This document shows, one piece after another, positions 12,950-24,007 of a DNA stretch of 64,000 nt. How positions within the stretch are numbered: the stretch's first letter is position 1; the number at the start of each line of letters is the position of its first letter. The notes beneath the pieces were generated by a model that saw nothing but the letters and a program-made list of their open reading frames with translations, searched no databases and was not told the DNA's origin. The stretch spans positions 80,972,001 to 81,036,000 of the forward strand of contig NC_042997.1 of NCBI RefSeq assembly GCF_006345805.1. Direction: 5' to 3'. The stretch is from Octopus sinensis (taxonomy: Eukaryota). Both the position numbers and the translations under genes were made by a program.

Positions 12950-13520
12950 GTGCTTCAGCCACTTCATGAAGTCTCTGCGACACCCTCCAAAGTGAAGGTG
13001 TCCAGGAGTTTTGTCACAGCTCTTTTCATCTTCTCCTTCAGTTTGGAAAACAATCAAAAGTCACAGGGAGAAAGGTCTGAACTCTAGGAAGGGTGGGAGA
13101 CAGTGTTGATGCTCATCACTGTCAGATAGCTGGCTACCAGGATGGAATTGTGGACTGGAGCATTGTTCTAGTGCAGGTGCTCTGGCCTTTTGTCACAAAA
13201 TCTTTTCCTGAACTCAGTTAAAACCTCCACAAAATACTCTTTGTTGACCGTCTTGTCAGAGGGAACACAGTGGATGTAGATGATGCTCTTGCTGTAAAAA
13301 AAAGGACCATCATGAACTTTTTGATGAATTTGCTTTACCTGGTCGCTTGCACCAGCATAAAATAGATGCTCAGCTCAAACAGGCTAATCCATAAACAGTC
13401 TGTAGCATTCCATATGTTTCTATAGCATTTTTGCTCGGTTTAGCGCAAATCTTTATCACATATCAAACTTCCAAATTATTTTCATGTTCCAACTGCACTC
13501 TATAAACTAGTCAGTAGTAA
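12950..13520 (-). mobile_element. Internally deleted mariner transposase remnant
   Basis: YVIKICAKPSKNAIETYGMLQTVYG (HTH) joined to IIYIHCVPSDKTVNKEYFVEVL..KRPEHLH*NNAPVH..HPS*SSDLSPCDF. Confidence 0.8.
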
Positions 13521-13614
13521 CAAGCAGGGTTTTTGTAGGGTGTGTTCAAAATGCTTTTACTGTTGTCTCCATCGATCTGGAATAACAAAAGTTGGCAAAT
13601 CATCTTATTAGATA

Positions 13615-14013
13615 CTAGCAGTATCGCCCGGCGTTGCTCGGGTTTGTAAGGGAAATAACTATATAAGCATTTTTAGAGAGTTATAGCCAAAAAATAGCAA
13701 AAGAAAATGCATAAAAAATGGAAAAAAATGTTGGTAAATTTTTTTTTAAATCGTTGACTCATCGTAGACATTTTTAGAGAGTTACTTCCCTTATTTAATA
13801 GCGAAAAAATGCATTAAAATGGAAAAAAATGATGGTAAATTATTTTTTAAATCATAGACTCATCGTAGACGCGCACTAATACCCAGAAGGGCTCGATATG
13901 AATCACGACTATAAGATACCCGCTTTTGGTTACACTGCACCGCAAAATGTAGGAGTAGTTAGGAATCTAAATCGTAGGAGACAGACACACAACTTGACTT
14001 TTATATATAAAGA
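13615..14013 (-). mobile_element. Non-autonomous Helitron (399 bp)
   Basis: Minus strand: A|TCTTTATATATAAAAG...CCCGAGCAACGCCGGG hairpin...CTAG|T, i.e. canonical TC/CTAG ends in an AT target with no TSD. Carries an internal ~110-bp tandem duplication. Confidence 0.8.
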
Positions 14014-14114
14014 TATAGTAATGATATACTAAAATTACAATAACCTGGGGGTAATTATAACTGCTTTTGCTAAAAACAAGTCTCAAGCCTCTGGAATGCA
14101 CCTTGTATATCTGT

Positions 14115-14174
<60 letters not shown>

Positions 14175-14663
14175 ACCTTGTATATCTGTGAGTGTATGTG
14201 TATGTGTTTGTGTGTGTACATTATAATTGAAAGGCTGCGATTTCCAGTTCTTGCAGTTGTTCATTTCTGATCATCTGCTGGTAAACCAAGCCTTGTTTTC
14301 TTTTGAACATTCATTGTCTAAATACTTTATGAAATACGAAATGAAAGTTTGGAGAAAATGCTTGCTTATCTTTATGTTCTTTCATTTAAAAACCATTGTG
14401 AATGACACATGAGAAAACAACAGCTTGAAGCTTATGCATTTGATTTCATTTCTGGTTCTCATGGTAATAATATTATAAACGTAATCTATCACTGTTATTA
14501 TCACTTTCATTTGGCCCCATGTGACTTACAGTTTTGAAACTTTAAGTCAGACAGGGCCAAGTCAAGCTGTTTTAAAATTAATAACAATAATACGCATATA
14601 AACTTACTTGGAAATTGGATGTGTGGTACTCAATCAAATAATAATATAAATAATATAAATATA

Positions 14664-14883
14664 TCTTACATATTAAAACTGAAAATGTCTCTGTGTGTGC
14701 GTGTGTGTATTGGTATGTCCTCATTTTGCACCAAAACGGCTCGACTGATTTTTCTTTAACTTCACACGCGCATTGCTTATGTGTCTGGGGAGGTTTTGAG
14801 TATAAATTGATTTCAAAAAATGTTCGGGTAAACAGCAGGAGGAATAACATTTGGGCGTGGTTGAATGGCGGGTGTAATTATTT
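14664..14883 (+). mobile_element. Helitron-like 5' end (3' end not found)
   Basis: A|TCTTACATATTAAAACTG, then a (TG) tract and AAAACGGCTCGACTGATTT, resembling Helitron 5' termini. Confidence 0.45.
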
Positions 14884-14885
14884 TA

Positions 14886-15145
14886 AGCTTCCAATGAAAT
14901 AACCCATTCACCGTGCAATGACTAAGGGAAATAGTCTAATAACAGGGCATATAAGTCCTTGATAGAAAAAAGAGGGCTTTCCCATCCGTGTGTAAAGGTA
15001 ACACACTTAGTCATGTTAACAAAGAGAATGGGTTCATGTCCCATGCAAATGGGAAGGCCTTCTTTTCTCTGTCAAGGGCTTATATGCCCTGTTATTAGAC
15101 TATTTTCCTAAGTCATTGCACAGTGAACGGCATAAGCTTTAAGCT
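14886..15145. mobile_element. Foldback/MITE with 81-bp inverted arms
   Basis: Arms at 14905-14985 and 15049-15129 with about 10 mismatches. Outer TAAGCTT/AAGCTTA suggests TA or TWA flanks. Confidence 0.7.
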
Positions 15146-15232
15146 TATATAAAAATACCATTATTATTATTTACAGGATTGTAAAATACGGCACCATATA
15201 ATAAAGCCATTCGCACCAAAAGCATATATATA

Positions 15233-16746
15233 TGGAGATAAGGATTAGAATTGAAGGGCCTTAGAATCAGCCTAGCTAAAACCAAAGTCCTAATATGTAG
15301 GAAGGCAGGCAAACCACAAATCCCTTCAGGTAGATGGCCCTGCTCAATCTGTGGTAGAGGTGTAGGTAGAAACTCTATAAGATGTACCCAGTGTAAGCTA
15401 TGGACACATAAGAGGTGCAGCAATATCAAAGGAAGGCTAACTGGGAAGATAGCTTTTGTATGTGGTAGATGTTCGGGAGCAATAAACACTGAAAATACAC
15501 AGAGACCAGCTTCCACCTCATTCCAGGGAGTAGTCGATAGCTTCTGTTACCTAGGGGACCAAGTCAGTAGTGGAGGTGGGTGCACTGAAAGTGTAGCTGC
15601 TAGAATAAGAATAGCTTGGGCAAAGTTCAGAGAGCTCTTACCTCTGCTGGCGACAAAGGGCCTCTCGCTCAGAGTAAAAGGTAGACTGTATGACGCTTGT
15701 GTACGAACAGCCTTGCTACATGGCAGTGAAACATAGACTGTGACTCCTGAGGACATGCGTAAGCTCACAAGGAATGAAGCCAGTATGATTCGATGTATGT
15801 GTAATGTCAGTGTGCATACTCGACTGAGTGTAAATACCTTGAGAAAAAAGTTGGACCTAAGAAGCATCAGATGTGGTGTGCAAGAGAGACGACTGCGCTG
15901 GTATGGTCATGTAGCGAGAATGGACGAGGACAGCTGTGTGAAAAAGTGCCACACCCTAGCGGTTGAGGGAACCTGTGGAAGAGGTAGACCCAGGAAGACC
16001 TGGGTTGAAGTGGTGAAGCACGACCTTCGAACGTTAGGCCTCACCAAGTAAATGACTAGTGACCGAGACCTTTGGAAATATGCCGTACATGAGAAGACCC
16101 GGCAAGCCAAATGAAACCATAATCTCATGGCCTATGCCAGGGGCGTAACCAGCCCATTTGTATGTAACCATTTCCTTCTTTGGTCACTAAAACTCTGCTT
16201 GCGAAGACCTGCTGAGGCAAGTGAAATCAAATCAAATCAATCAATAGCAAAATCAAAATCAAATTCGATGACTGGCGTCCGTGCTGGCAGGGTGCAAAGA
16301 GCACCATATGAGCATGATCATTGAAAGAGCAGCTAACTGGCTTCCGTGCCAGCGGCATTTAAAGGGCACCATTTGAGCGTGATCGTTACCAGCGTCCCCT
16401 TACTGGCACTTGTGCCCGTGCTAGTAGGGTGCCAAGAGCCCCATCCCAGTGTGATCATTGCCAGAGCAGCCAACTGGCTTCCGTGCCAGTGGTACGTAAA
16501 AGGGCACCATTCGAGCATGATCGTTACCAAAGTCGCCTTACTGGCACCTGTGCTGGTGGCACGTAAAAAGCACCCACTACACTCTCAGAGTGGTTGGCGT
16601 TAGGAAGGGCATCCAGCTGAAGAAACTCTGCCAAATCAAGATTGGAGACTGGTGCAACCATCTGGTTTGCCAGCCCTCAGTCAAAATCGTTCAACCCATA
16701 CTAGCATGGAAAGTGGACGTTAAACGATGATGATGATGATGATGAT
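15233..16746 (+). mobile_element. RTE-clade LINE, 5'-truncated, with a PHD finger inserted in the RT; full 3' UTR and (GAT)n tail
   Basis: GLRISLAKTK - C4HC3 finger - VDSFCYLGDQ - LLHGSET* - RRLRWYGHVARM - GRGRPRKTW. Two premature stops. The UTR has a ~130-bp duplication. Confidence 0.9.
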
Positions 16747-16759
16747 ATATATACTTTAT

Positions 16760-16933
16760 ATATATACTTTATTCTAACAAAACTGTCTGACAAATGGGAA
16801 CGTGAAACTCTGAGTAACAGTTTTTGTGGTATTTCTGCTGCTTTTAAATAAAGTATATTACTCTACCTCTGGTATTTGAGTACTCTTTTTTTCCACCTTG
16901 TTTCACATTTATGTGCTTACTCCAGTGTATATA

Positions 16934-16965
<32 letters not shown>

Positions 16966-17460
16966 CATATATACACACATATGCATATATGGGTACAGGA
17001 CGTCACCAACAGTAACCAACTTGAAATATGAAAACAAATGACTTCAATGCACAAACAACAAGAGAAACAAATGGAAAAACGGACAAGTAACACAAAGAAC
17101 ATCCCTTCATTAGTTGTCAGCTGTCTATCTACTCCTCATTTCGAGCATTGAATGACAATATGAGTCTTTGAAGACAGTTTCTCCCATAAGTACCAAAATA
17201 ATATTTTGGATTTATGGACTGTCAAAGTTGAGAATGAAAACAGAACAGTGGAGACAAACAAGGAAACCGAATGAAAACAAACATGGAACAAGGGTAAAAT
17301 AGCAAATGCTGGAGAAATACTTTTTTTGAAAAGAGAAAAGACAGAAGAGAGAGATAGAACACGTCTGGTCCTTAGGACAGTCCTGAAGGAAAAGAAAGAT
17401 GATCACTTGAGGAAAAGAAAGATGGATGATAGTCATGTGTGAGCACAACCATCATTATCA
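16760..17460 (+). mobile_element. Probable Penelope-like element (PLE) LTR-type remnant
   Basis: Hammerhead motif followed ~20 bp later by AATAAA, then a (TA)n tract and a hairpin-rich segment. No PLE ORF seen here. Confidence 0.4.
16779..16824 (+). ncRNA. Minimal type I hammerhead ribozyme (core variant G8>A, probably inactive)
   Basis: AAAACTGT (stem I) - CTGACAA (core) - ATG GGAA CGT (stem II) - GAA - ACTC T GAGT (palindromic stem III) - A (GUA cleavage triplet ending at 16816) - ACAGTTTT (stem I'). Confidence 0.75.
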
Positions 17461-18085
17461 TACTCATTGTTAGTATTTTTGATAACTGGTAAAGCTTACG
17501 ACACTGTGTATCTTCATGATTATGTCATTTCTCATTTCTCCTGCAAGGTTCATTGTTTTCATATCTGCCATCACACATTTTTTATTAGGTCTTTTTTTTC
17601 ACCCTCATCCCACAACACTTTTTCCACCCAGCATGCCTCATCCATTTGCATTATGTCCACACTATAAGTGAGAAGAAACTCACTATCCTCAAGAGAGATA
17701 TGAGCCAGCATTTCTTCATATTTAGGCAACATTCTAATATGTGTTATAAAATGGTTGTCTTCCTATTTACCTTAATTTCATTACATTCACACTACCTCCA
17801 ACACTTATCTTATCTGCTAAATAATAGATCATAAACATCTAGTAAGTTATCCAAACAGTCCACAATTGTTTTAGACTATTTATTGTTACTACTCTGGAGA
17901 TCTTTAGTTCTTTATTCTAGGCTATTCTTTTTGTATATTTCAAAAATTCACTGCGTAAGAGATATGTTAAATAAAAATTTCTAGGAAAGTCAATCCTGAG
18001 GCTCTGAGTAATTTGACTATGATAAAAATAAAAGAGCTCAAGGCGGAGCTCCTCTGCATTTTAATATCTGTATTGTGAAACAAAA

Positions 18086-18300
18086 CAGTGAGCTGGCAGA
18101 ATCATTAGTATCCCGGGGTAAACTGCTTAGTGGCATTTCATTCATTTTTGCATTCTGAGTTCAAATCCACCAAGATTAACTTTGCCTTTTGTCCTTTTGG
18201 TGTCAATGAAATAAGCACCAGTTGAGCATTGGGATCGATGTAGTTGACGTGTCTCCTCCCCCAAAATTACTGGGTTTGTGCTAGAATATGAAAGGATAAT
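18086..18300 (+). mobile_element. SINE family A
   Basis: GAGCTGGCAGAATCATTAG...GAGTTCAAATCC (B box GTTCRANNC)...; simple-repeat tail. Confidence 0.78.
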
Positions 18301-18369
18301 GATGATGATAATGATGAATCATTACTTTTTATTATATTCAGACATGAATGATTCTGATACACAATTTAT

Positions 18370-18530
18370 CCACAAACTATTCCCATTCACTGTTCATTTA
18401 CTACTAATTCAGGAATGATTTTCATTCACCATACATCTACTACTAATTCATGGATAAATCCCGTTTACAATTCATCAACTACTAATCCAAGAATGATACT
18501 CATTCACCATTCTTCAACAACTAATTTTCT
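18370..18530. repeat. Degenerate ~39-bp minisatellite (~4 units)
   Basis: Recurring CTACTAAT(T/C)CA...CATTCACC at ~36-39 bp spacing. Confidence 0.6.
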
Positions 18531-18759
18531 TGAATACAGAATGAGGACTCTATCAAAGCTTGCCAAAGTTAACAAACACACAATGAGCTTCTTTCTTTTT
18601 TAAGAATGTGTTGTGTTGTCATCTTCCTAAAAAATATATCATCTGTAATCCCACCACTTTGTACAAATCAGTCAACCTCTTAACCAATCTAAACCTGTAC
18701 AGAAATAACTACAATTCTATCTACCGCTTTCATGGCTTGGATTTTGCTAATATCTCAAA

Positions 18760-19113
18760 GTGGGAGACATGGAACAAAGTACTGAAGGACGACTGCAGGA
18801 CACTGATCCTTTCAGATGAGATGGTAAAGGATCAAAATATCTGATGATTTGCTGTTCTCAAGAAGGTCCATCCTGCACAGCAGAAGCATTAAGGCTGCCC
18901 CTGTTGGTGAGGAGGATTGGCCTGCAAGAGTCCTATGCCAGTGTCACATAAAATGCAACCGGCACACACTATAAAGTAGCTGGCATTAGGAAAGTTGTAG
19001 AAACCAAGCCAAATCAGACTGGAACCTGGTGCAGCTTACCAGCTTGCCAACTCTGGTCAAACTGTCCAACCCATGCCAACTATGAAAATGGACATTAAAG
19101 GATAATGATGATG
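18760..19113 (+). mobile_element. Old RTE 3' fragment
   Basis: ETWNKVLKDDCRTLILSDEMVKD, then a decayed UTR and a GAT tail. Confidence 0.7.
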
Positions 19114-19516
19114 TTCCTTGTTAATCACAGAAAATATACATGCACAATACATACATATTTACACACACACACACACACACTCATACACAAATGTTTACGA
19201 GGAAAAAGTTGACAGTGACTGAAGTTTTGACTTAGCTGTCATAATACATGTATATTAAAATACAAATAACTCCCTGAATATTTTCAAAATATAAAAAAAT
19301 TATTGATGAAAACATTTTAAAAATACAAACAAAAGTGTATGTATATATGTCTGTTCACTTATCTCAGCAGTGTTTTGCTGTCAACAAAATGAACAATCTT
19401 AATGACATGAAATTGTGAAGTTTTTTGGTCAATAACTGATGATGCGGGATGAGCTTGCCCATGTCTTTGGTGTGTTTTTGTTCTGTTCTTTTGTTGTTTT
19501 TCCTAGCAACTTTATA

Positions 19517-19518
19517 CT

Positions 19519-19551
<33 letters not shown>

Positions 19552-19627
19552 TCTCTCTCTTTGTCTCTCTCTCTCTCTCTTTGTCTCTCTCTCTCTCTCT
19601 TTGTCTCTCTCTCTCTCACTCTCTCTC
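19517..19627. repeat. (TC)n with a 20-bp higher-order unit TTGT(CT)8 x4
   Basis: Units start at 19541, 19561, 19581 and 19601; the last has one substitution. Confidence 0.92.
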
Positions 19628-19821
19628 AATGTGTGTGTTTGTGGGGTGTATAAAAATTTGCTTCAATGAACTCTCTCTCACCCATGCATGCATTGAAAAG
19701 AAGTTATTATGATGATATTTACATACATACATACATACACATACATACATACATACATACATACAATCAATCACATATACATATATATCTATATCTATGT
19801 CCAACTATTACTCTCTCTCTC

Positions 19822-19860
<39 letters not shown>

Positions 19861-20170
19861 GCACACCACACATAAACATGCACATGCACACACCCATGTA
19901 TACATGTATCCAGGGTGTTCATTTATGTATAATAATATATACAAGAGAAACATTATAGTACTCAAAACACTTTTGTGGTAGAAGTATGGTGAATCTGAAA
20001 GTTTATTTTAGTTACTAGTAAACAGATATTTTAATCTCGACACAGGTTTTACTGCAATTTACCCCACATGAGCATAAACTGATACTCCCTCAGTGGAAGA
20101 GACTTCTTTTTCTTCAAATAAAAGTCCTCAAATTCTTTACTTTTCCTCCTTTCTTTTCTAGATAACACAG

Positions 20171-20172
<2 letters not shown>

Positions 20173-20263
<91 letters not shown>

Positions 20264-20930
20264 CACACATAATATTTTATAGTATTTATGTTAGTCACTT
20301 GCAGTCTGAATTCTTATTATGCCAGAATTTTTATAGACATTTTACCGTCATCATCATCATCAATACCACAAACAACACTACAACAATCCTGCTCAGAGTA
20401 ACACTCACAACAACATGTGTCCCCTCTCCACACAATTTTGCCTTCATATACTTGGCATGCGCACATAAATATAAACACACACACACATACAAGTATCTAT
20501 GTGCACATACACCCACACATGCCCACACAAGCACACACACACACACTCAAACACACATTAACAAACTCACATGAATAAATACACATAACTACACTAACAT
20601 ACATCACACCTGCACACACACACGCACACACCCACCTACCCACCCACATACACTCACACACACATACACACAGGCACCCACACATGGTCTTCCAGACATC
20701 ACAATGCACACTCATGGATTTACACACAAATGCAAGAACGTAAACACTTATTCACACACACACCCATATTTATGTGTTTAATGCATACGTACTTGCACAC
20801 ATAGGCAGCAAGCATGAGTGCACTCATGCACATATGCCTACATACATGCACACATGCACACCTGTACAACCAATAACACACCCACATCCTCACATTCATA
20901 TAGCTGACAACACACACACACACACACACA
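20173..20930. repeat. (CA)n and CA-rich low-complexity tract
   Basis: Perfect (AC)n at 20173-20270, followed by degenerate CA-rich sequence. Confidence 0.9.
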
Positions 20931-21139
20931 CCAGTCTTCTGCTGCACCCAGACACTTAGATGCCACCAGCTTCCTATCTAGCCATGTGGTCAAAAAAATT
21001 CCACTTTCTAAAGGAAATGCTGTGGCTGAACAATCAACCTTACTCTGACAACACCATGTAACCTGCCTCAACCAATAGCAGTCTATTTTCCAGTTGTCAT
21101 CTTGGACTCCCCGTGTTTCCCAGTAATTTTTATAAAATA

Positions 21140-21633
21140 CTAGCTTAAAGTGACCCGCTCTACACACAGGTGAGGGTGTGGTTGTTACTTTCTGTTGCTT
21201 CCTTTCTGTTTCTTATTGCCACATTCTCCTTTTTCTCTCACTTTCCCACTCTCTTACTCTTCCTTTCTCTCGGACTCTCCCTCACTTTCTCTTACTCTCT
21301 ATCTTTCTCTATCTATCTCTCTCCCATTTATAAAAAATTAGATTTCCATGCTTAAATTACAAATCCGCTTCCACTTTACCTTGTTGAAAATTTGATAGAA
21401 ATTAGACAAAAGGTGTTCAATCTAGATCCCCAAGTGTCCCCCCAAATCAATAAAATCCCCCATTTTCACACCAAAGCAACCGATGCAGTGCCCCAAAATG
21501 TCTCCCAATCAATTTCTCACCACAAGTTACTCCCTCCTGTAAATTTTAATCCCCTTCCAGCCTTATTTAGACCCCTTTTTACATAAAAATCCAATTTGCA
21601 TCAACATTCGCCTTCTTCATTTTATAGGCTAGA
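21140..21633 (-). mobile_element. Non-autonomous Helitron (older, second family)
   Basis: Minus strand: A|TCTAGCC...ACCTGTGTGTAGAGCGGGT imperfect hairpin...CTAG|T. Confidence 0.55.
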
Positions 21634-21689
21634 TGAAGAAACTAAAGATGGTATAGTAATGTTTTGACCCTGGCCACTCGAGGATGTGC

Positions 21690-22045
21690 ATGTGTACAGC
21701 TTGGGCTTTACAGAGGCATTGACAAGTGACTGAGACCTTTGGCTATATACCAGGCTTGAGAAGAGCCATGAAGCCAACTGAAATTATAGTTGTGGCTGAT
21801 GCTGGTGTCACATAACTGGTACATAAAAAGCACCCTTCGAACACTGGGCCTTATCGAGGCAATGACAAGTGACTGAGACCATTGGTGATATGCTGTGCTT
21901 GAGAAGACCCATCAAGCCAAGTGAAATTGTAGTCATGGCTGATGCTGGTGTCATGTAACTGGCACCCATGCTGGTGGCGCATAAAAAGCACCCATTACAC
22001 TCTTGGAGTGGTCAGGGTTAGGAAGGGCATCCAGCTGTAGAAATG
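21690..22045 (+). mobile_element. RTE 3' fragment with a tandem duplication of the ORF-end/UTR segment
   Basis: Two copies of GAGGCAATGACAAGTGACTGAGACC...GGCTGATGCTGGTGTCA. Ends at AGGAAGGGCATCCAGCTGTAGAAA. Confidence 0.75.
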
Positions 22046-22393
22046 TATAATTTATATAATATTCAGCAATTAATGGCTGATATAGATGCACTGAGACAAT
22101 TATAATAATTTGTAATAAAGCTTTTCAATCCATCTTCTCATATTAAGATTTGTGTATATATATGATGATTGCTTCATCATGACAGCTGATAGGTGTTGCA
22201 TCAACACACCCCCCACACCCCCTTACACAGCACAATCCCTCCTTTGATAAGCCCTCAGATGACTTTTCAGACCAAATGCTGACTGACAGGGTTTAAAACA
22301 CACGTGACAGATATTCAAGTTTCTTCTACATTTTTACCCTTTGGAATCTGATTTTGAAGGAATGTTTTTGCATATGTCTTTTAAGTCCAGATA

Positions 22394-22428
<35 letters not shown>

Positions 22429-22447
22429 TATATATATATATATATAT

Positions 22448-23207
22448 GGTCATGTGCTACCTATGGATGAGGAGAGGTGTGTGAAGAAGTGTCACTCCCT
22501 AACAGCAGAAGGAACCCGTGGTAGAGGGAGACTCAGGAAAACATGGGATGAGGTGGTGAAGCTTAACTTCACAGAGGCAATGATGAAAGACTGCGACCTC
22601 TGGAGATATGCTATGATTAAGAAGACCTGGCATGTAAAGTGAGATCACAGCTGCAGCCTACACCAGTGTCGCATAACCAGCCCATTTAAAAAGTATCTTT
22701 GAATCGCTGGGCAACATTCTGTGCTTGAGGAGACCTATTGAGTCAAGTGAAATCAAAATCAAATCAAATCACAATCAAATGGAAATTGTTATTGTGGCCG
22801 ATGCCAGTGCCACCTGACTAGCTCCTGTGTTGGTGACATGCAATAAGCACCAAGCATGTGTGGGTCATTGCCAGTGCCGCCTGACTGGCTCCCCATGTTG
22901 GTGGCACATAAAAAGCACCATTCGAATGTGGTCAATGTCAGCCTCCCCACCTCGACTTGCTCCTGTGCTGGTAGCATGTAAAAAGCACCATCTGAGTGGC
23001 TGATGCCAGTGCCACCTGACTGGCTCCCATGCCAGTGGCACGTAAAAAGCACCCACTACATTCTTGGAGTGGTTGGTGTTAGGAAAATACTGCCAGATCA
23101 GATTGGAGCCTAGTGCGACCTCCTGGCTTGCCAGTCCCCAGTCAAACCTTCCAACCCATGCCAGAATAGAAAATGGACGTTAAACAATGATGATGATGAT
23201 GATGATA
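22448..23207 (+). mobile_element. RTE 3' fragment with UTR and (GAT)n tail
   Basis: MDEERCVKKCHSLTAEGTRGRGRLRKTWDEVVK; UTR motifs as in the other copies. Confidence 0.85.
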
Positions 23208-23310
23208 TAAGGATATTATTGTTTACAATAATATCACAAGAGGCATAGCATGCATAAAAAATACCATAAGTTAAAAAAATTTTGACTGCTATTTTTAGCA
23301 CTCTTAATTA

Positions 23311-23349
<39 letters not shown>

Positions 23350-23719
23350 TGCATTGTTTACTGTCTGTAATTATAGTAAAACTAATATTATAAGGTGAAT
23401 AAAACTTATCCATTTATATGATGGATTGAGATTTGCTATCTCTATAAAAAAACAAACACTGTAAAGTAATTTTTTTTAGATGTTGCACTTGACCTTAGTA
23501 TTGGACTGCATCACACATTTAACAAACTAAAGAAAATCTTGAGTACATCAGCTGCAACTCAAATCATCCAAGATGCATTATAAACTGTATAGCTAAATGG
23601 GTGTCAGAATTTCTAAGTTTTCTGACAATGAGGAAATCTTTAAACAGTATGAGAGTTATTTAGCTTAACCATAGTGAAAGTAGCTTTCAGTGAACAAATG
23701 AAACACATCCCAAGTTCGG

Positions 23720-23786
<67 letters not shown>

Positions 23787-23789
23787 TTA

Positions 23790-24007
23790 TGTGTGCGTGT
23801 GTGTGTGTGTGTGTGTCTTTGCGTCAGTGTTTGTCCCCACCACCATCGCTTGAAAACTGCTGTTAGTGTGTTTACATCCCCATAACTTATAAGTTCTAGG
23901 CTTACAAAGAATAAGTTCTGGGGTCGATTTCTTCAACCAAAAACCTTTAAAGCAGTGCTCCAGCATGGCTACAGTCAAAAGACTGAAACAAGTAAAAGAA
24001 TAAAAGA
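23790..24007 (+). mobile_element. SINE family B, 3' half
   Basis: Reverse-complement match to 2400-2620 (CAGCATGGCTACAGTC..GACTGAAACAAGTAAAAG). Confidence 0.7.
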
